NCBI GenBank assembly: GCA_964582375.1
Contig: CAZORL010000004.1
Location: 18,357 to 82,356 of the forward strand
Origin: an uncultured Lachnospiraceae bacterium
GTDB lineage: Bacteria; Bacillota; Clostridia; Oscillospirales; CAG-272
Reading direction: 5' to 3'
DNA length: 64,000 bases
Positions 61,320 to 64,000 of the stretch are shown piece after piece (positions within the stretch are counted from its first letter, which is position 1; each line of letters starts with the position of its first letter). A program made the position numbers and the translations under genes. Under the pieces are notes generated by a model that saw only the letters and a program-made list of their open reading frames with translations, did no database searches and was not told where the DNA came from.

Positions 61320-61766
61320 ATGTTTGAGCTGAAGCCTTACCGTAGAAATAATGCTGTCAGGGAGTATAACCCCTTCAAGGAAATGGACGAGTTCTTTGCC
61401 GATCCGTTTGGCGGATTTTTCGGAAACCGTGATATCGCGGCATTCAAGACCGATATTTCGGACGAAGGAGATCACTATCTGCTCGAGGCAGATCTTCCGG
61501 GATTTGATAAGAAAGACATCCACCTCGATATAAACGGTGACAGCCTCGTTCTCTCAGCCGAACGCGGAAGTGAGAATAAGACCGAGGAAAAGAAGAATAA
61601 GTATGTCCGCATGGAACGCTCGTGGGGCAGATATGTCAGAGAGTTTGATATATCAGCCATAGACGCCGCCGCGATCAAGGCAAAGTACGAAAACGGCGTG
61701 CTCAGCCTTATCCTGCCGAAGAAACAGGAAACACTTCCCACGGCAAGACAGATCGAGATCGAATGA
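61320..61766 (+). CDS. Hsp20/alpha-crystallin family small heat-shock protein
   Basis: 148 aa. Alpha-crystallin domain (FKTDISDEGDHYLLEADLPGFDKKDIHLDINGDSLVLSAER...GVLSLILPK). AAAGGAGG RBS. Confidence 0.92.
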   Translation: MFELKPYRRNNAVREYNPFKEMDEFFADPFGGFFGNRDIAAFKTDISDEGDHYLLEADLPGFDKKDIHLDINGDSLVLSAERGSENKTEEKKNKYVRMERSWGRYVREFDISAIDAAAIKAKYENGVLSLILPKKQETLPTARQIEIE

Positions 61767-61774
61767 CCAATAAA

Positions 61775-61808
61775 ACAGACCCTCTCAATCACAAGAGGGT
61801 CTGTTTTT
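61775..61808 (+). terminator. hsp20 terminator
   Basis: Stem ACAGACCCTCT/AGAGGGTCTGT followed by TTTTT. Confidence 0.8.
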
Positions 61809-61899
61809 GCCGAAGAATCTCTCCTTAAACATTTCTCAAACAATGAAATAAAAACCCGCAAAGCAAATGGGTTGCCACAACAAAAAGGAGCGAACAAAT

Positions 61900-61974
61900 A
61901 TGTTAACGAATTTTCACCCTTTCATGGATTTGATCGACTCGGCAAGTGAGCGTATCGCCAACGCAAATGCTTAG
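61900..61974 (+). CDS. Candidate 24-aa small ORF (MLTNFHPFMDLIDSASERIANANA)
   Basis: AAAAAGGAG lies 9 nt upstream of the ATG. The ORF sits between the hsp20 terminator and the hairpin at 62005-62040. I could find no promoter and have no homology support. Confidence 0.2.
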   Translation: MLTNFHPFMDLIDSASERIANANA

Positions 61975-62004
61975 ATAGAGCACGAAGGGCACAAAGATAA
62001 ATGA

Positions 62005-62040
62005 ATCGGCGTACAAACGAAAAAACGTTTGTACGCCGAT
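62005..62040. terminator. Hairpin between the small ORF (+) and the SGNH gene (-)
   Basis: 15-bp stem ATCGGCGTACAAACG/CGTTTGTACGCCGAT with an AAAAAA loop. Confidence 0.6.
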
Positions 62041-62051
62041 TTGTTGTTATC

Positions 62052-62831
62052 TTATTGTTCGATATAGGAAAATTCGGTTCCGATAAACCCGAGCTGCTTG
62101 AAATCATCCATGTTGTGCCTGATTATGTAATCAATGTATGAGATGAACATGCTTGCAGTCAGCTTGTATCCGCACGGGGTCATATGACCGCCGAGGAAGA
62201 ATTTTTTGTGAAATGCCGAGTCATATATCGGTGCGTACTCAAAAAGATCGATAACATATGAGTTCGTGAACTTCTTTGCGAACTCGTGCATGAGCCTTGC
62301 GTGCTCGGCTCGAAGGGTGTCGCCCCCATCGCCGTATCTCGGCATAGTAACAAAGAAGAATTTCGCGTCGGGGGATATTTCTTTGTATCTGCGCACAAGC
62401 TCGGCAAAATAGCCCGCAAAAGTACCAAAGTCAAGAGGATCATCGACCGATCCGACAGGGGTTCTTGCGTTCATGACGTCGTTTACGCCGAGTGCGACGA
62501 TATACGCTTTGCAGGCAAGATCGGGCGAAAAATAGCCCATTTGCTCGCCGAAGCTTTCGAGGTATTCTTTTGCAGTCATGCCGCCGCGCGAGAAGTTCAG
62601 AGCGGTAAAGCCGCACTCGCGCGCCATATACTGTCCCCAAGAATGACGGAACATGTCGTGGTATGCGCGGTTTCCGTTTTCGTCAAGAGACTCGAACTCG
62701 CCCGATGCAAGGCTGTCGCCGATGCATCCGACCTTTTCGAGTATGGAGCAAAATCCGCCGCCTATCGGCAGATTTTCGAGCGGCTTTTCGGTGCCGCCCT
62801 CGTCAAAATCGTAAAAAAGTTCTGTTTTCAT
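62052..62831 (-). CDS. SGNH/GDSL family hydrolase (esterase), no signal peptide
   Basis: Block I VGCIGDSLASGE, block III LGVNDV, and a C-terminal His region. 259 aa. Confidence 0.8.
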   Translation of the reverse strand: MKTELFYDFDEGGTEKPLENLPIGGGFCSILEKVGCIGDSLASGEFESLDENGNRAYHDMFRHSWGQYMARECGFTALNFSRGGMTAKEYLESFGEQMGYFSPDLACKAYIVALGVNDVMNARTPVGSVDDPLDFGTFAGYFAELVRRYKEISPDAKFFFVTMPRYGDGGDTLRAEHARLMHEFAKKFTNSYVIDLFEYAPIYDSAFHKKFFLGGHMTPCGYKLTASMFISYIDYIIRHNMDDFKQLGFIGTEFSYIEQ

Positions 62832-62859
62832 AAGAAATTCCTTTCAATTTGTGTATATA

Positions 62860-64000
62860 TCACGAGAGTGCAACGCCGCTGAGCGAAATGTTGCCGCCGG
62901 TCTTGTTTGTGGCGATATAGCAGACGGTTATGCTGTCGGTGTCGTACTTTGTCAGATCGGCGGTAACGATCGCGATCCTTGCGTCACCAGCAGCACTTGC
63001 CGCAGGGATGCCGTCGATCTGATTGCCGTCGGCATCGTAAATGACGATCGTGCCCGATGCGTTCCACGCACCGACAAAGAGGGTGAGTTTTTTGCAGTCT
63101 TTGATATCGACTCTTACCGTAATGCTGTCAAAATCGTTCTTGCCGTGTCTGGTTTCCGCACTTTTGATGATGTCTCCGTCCGACCATTTGATGACCCCTT
63201 TGTTGTCATCGTGAAGCTGCGAGGTCGTGTCAAATGTTGTGTTTATTCGATCGGTGACGCCCGCCTTGCGGACAGTCTCACCGCTTTGGCTGCCGTTGAC
63301 CTTTCCGTAGAACTCCCAGTCAACAGTCCCCTCTGCACTCAGATCGAGTGTGCCAGTGTAAGGCGTGTCAACCGTGAGTGCCGAATTTGTTGCTCCCGTC
63401 GAAGGTGCGATGGTGTCCGCGGCCTTTTTGTCGGATGCGGCAATTGCCGAGAAGGTGATATTATCGCCGCAGAGGATCGAATAGGTGACATACAGCTCGG
63501 TGTTCGCCGCCGCACTGCAGTCGATCGTCAGGACATTATAATAATTGCCCTTCATGTTGCCGAGGTTGAAGGTTTGCACATTGCCTGCGCGATCGCGAAC
63601 GGTTATCTTCGAGAGCGATTTGTAACCGCCGATGTAGAGCTTGTAATAGGCGTTACCGCTCGGAACCTTGATCACCGTCGAGAAATCGACCTTCGAGACA
63701 GCTCCGCTCGAGGTCGTGCCGATCAGACGCTTGTCGCCGTCGCGATATCCTATCTGGTAATTGTCGTAGAATGTTGTAAATTTCTGATGAGACGTGAGGC
63801 TGTCAAGCAGATGCGAGTCGGTCTTCTTGCGGATCGCCTCGGTCATGTTGCCCGAGGTGAAGAGTATCCAATCAAGTCCGCCGACGCCTGTGAGATCGAC
63901 GCTTGCTGTTTCTTTGTCCAGCCCTTTCAGCTCAGCCGTAAAGTTTGCCGAGATTCTGTTGTAGCTCTCGTTTACCTTATCTTTCGATGTCGATGCAAAT
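62860..64000 (-). CDS. Surface/carbohydrate-binding-like protein, C-terminal part (5' end outside window)
   Basis: I checked that the frame stays open from the ATG at 63846 up to the window edge. The visible part consists of two similar modules of about 150 aa, each running from a DW..F segment to a GN(I)(T/S)(F/L)S(A/G)(I/V)A segment. Confidence 0.55.
   Translation of the reverse strand, partial: FASTSKDKVNESYNRISANFTAELKGLDKETASVDLTGVGGLDWILFTSGNMTEAIRKKTDSHLLDSLTSHQKFTTFYDNYQIGYRDGDKRLIGTTSSGAVSKVDFSTVIKVPSGNAYYKLYIGGYKSLSKITVRDRAGNVQTFNLGNMKGNYYNVLTIDCSAAANTELYVTYSILCGDNITFSAIAASDKKAADTIAPSTGATNSALTVDTPYTGTLDLSAEGTVDWEFYGKVNGSQSGETVRKAGVTDRINTTFDTTSQLHDDNKGVIKWSDGDIIKSAETRHGKNDFDSITVRVDIKDCKKLTLFVGAWNASGTIVIYDADGNQIDGIPAASAAGDARIAIVTADLTKYDTDSITVCYIATNKTGGNISLSGVALS

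Overview
This 64-kb window reads as a chromosomal segment of an endospore-forming Firmicute of the Clostridia type. The evidence is a spoIIAA-spoIIAB-sigF operon, spoIIE, a T-box leader, a CIRCE operator, many TTGACA-17-TATAAT promoters, and lipoprotein and sortase signals. I call about 55 protein genes, one tRNA-Lys(CUU), one T-box riboswitch, and many promoters and terminators.

Positions 1-45 kb are dense core housekeeping: dnaX (3' part)-ybaB-recR; a multidomain cell-wall peptidase; rpmB; der-plsY with a PDZ/radical-SAM gene; yceD-rpmF; the sigF operon; an LtaS-like transferase; valS, alaS, hisS, aspS and cca; mtnN-luxS; feoA-feoA-feoB; spoIIE; an HTH-fakA-fakB-GNAT-plsX-acpP lipid operon; moxR-DUF58-transglutaminase; hup; and ldhA.

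Positions 46.5-64 kb are more accessory and envelope-oriented. They hold three tandem paralogous BNR/Asp-box lipoproteins, a sortase-type anchored protein, an orphan RACo-like Fe-S/ASKHA protein and an MBOAT-DHHW-membrane protein trio. They also hold mscL, a two-gene sufC-sufBD unit, CIRCE-hsp20, an SGNH esterase and a partial surface protein.

I recognise no transposase, integrase, phage, CRISPR, toxin-antitoxin or known defence genes. I cannot defend any single locus as a clearly new system. The best leads for something undescribed are:
1. An uncharacterised double-GNAT-like protein wedged, with tight coupling, between fakB and plsX in the fatty-acid kinase/PlsX/ACP operon.
2. An rpmB with a C-terminal extension, coupled through TAATG to a possible GME/pentein-fold protein.
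3. Three evenly spaced GGTTAG-N6-CTAACC palindromes in the feo leader.
4. A roughly 52-bp promoter cassette duplicated upstream of tRNA-Lys and feo.
5. The surface-protein island at 46.5-58.6 kb.

All functional calls rest on motif recognition by eye and on synteny, not on database searches.
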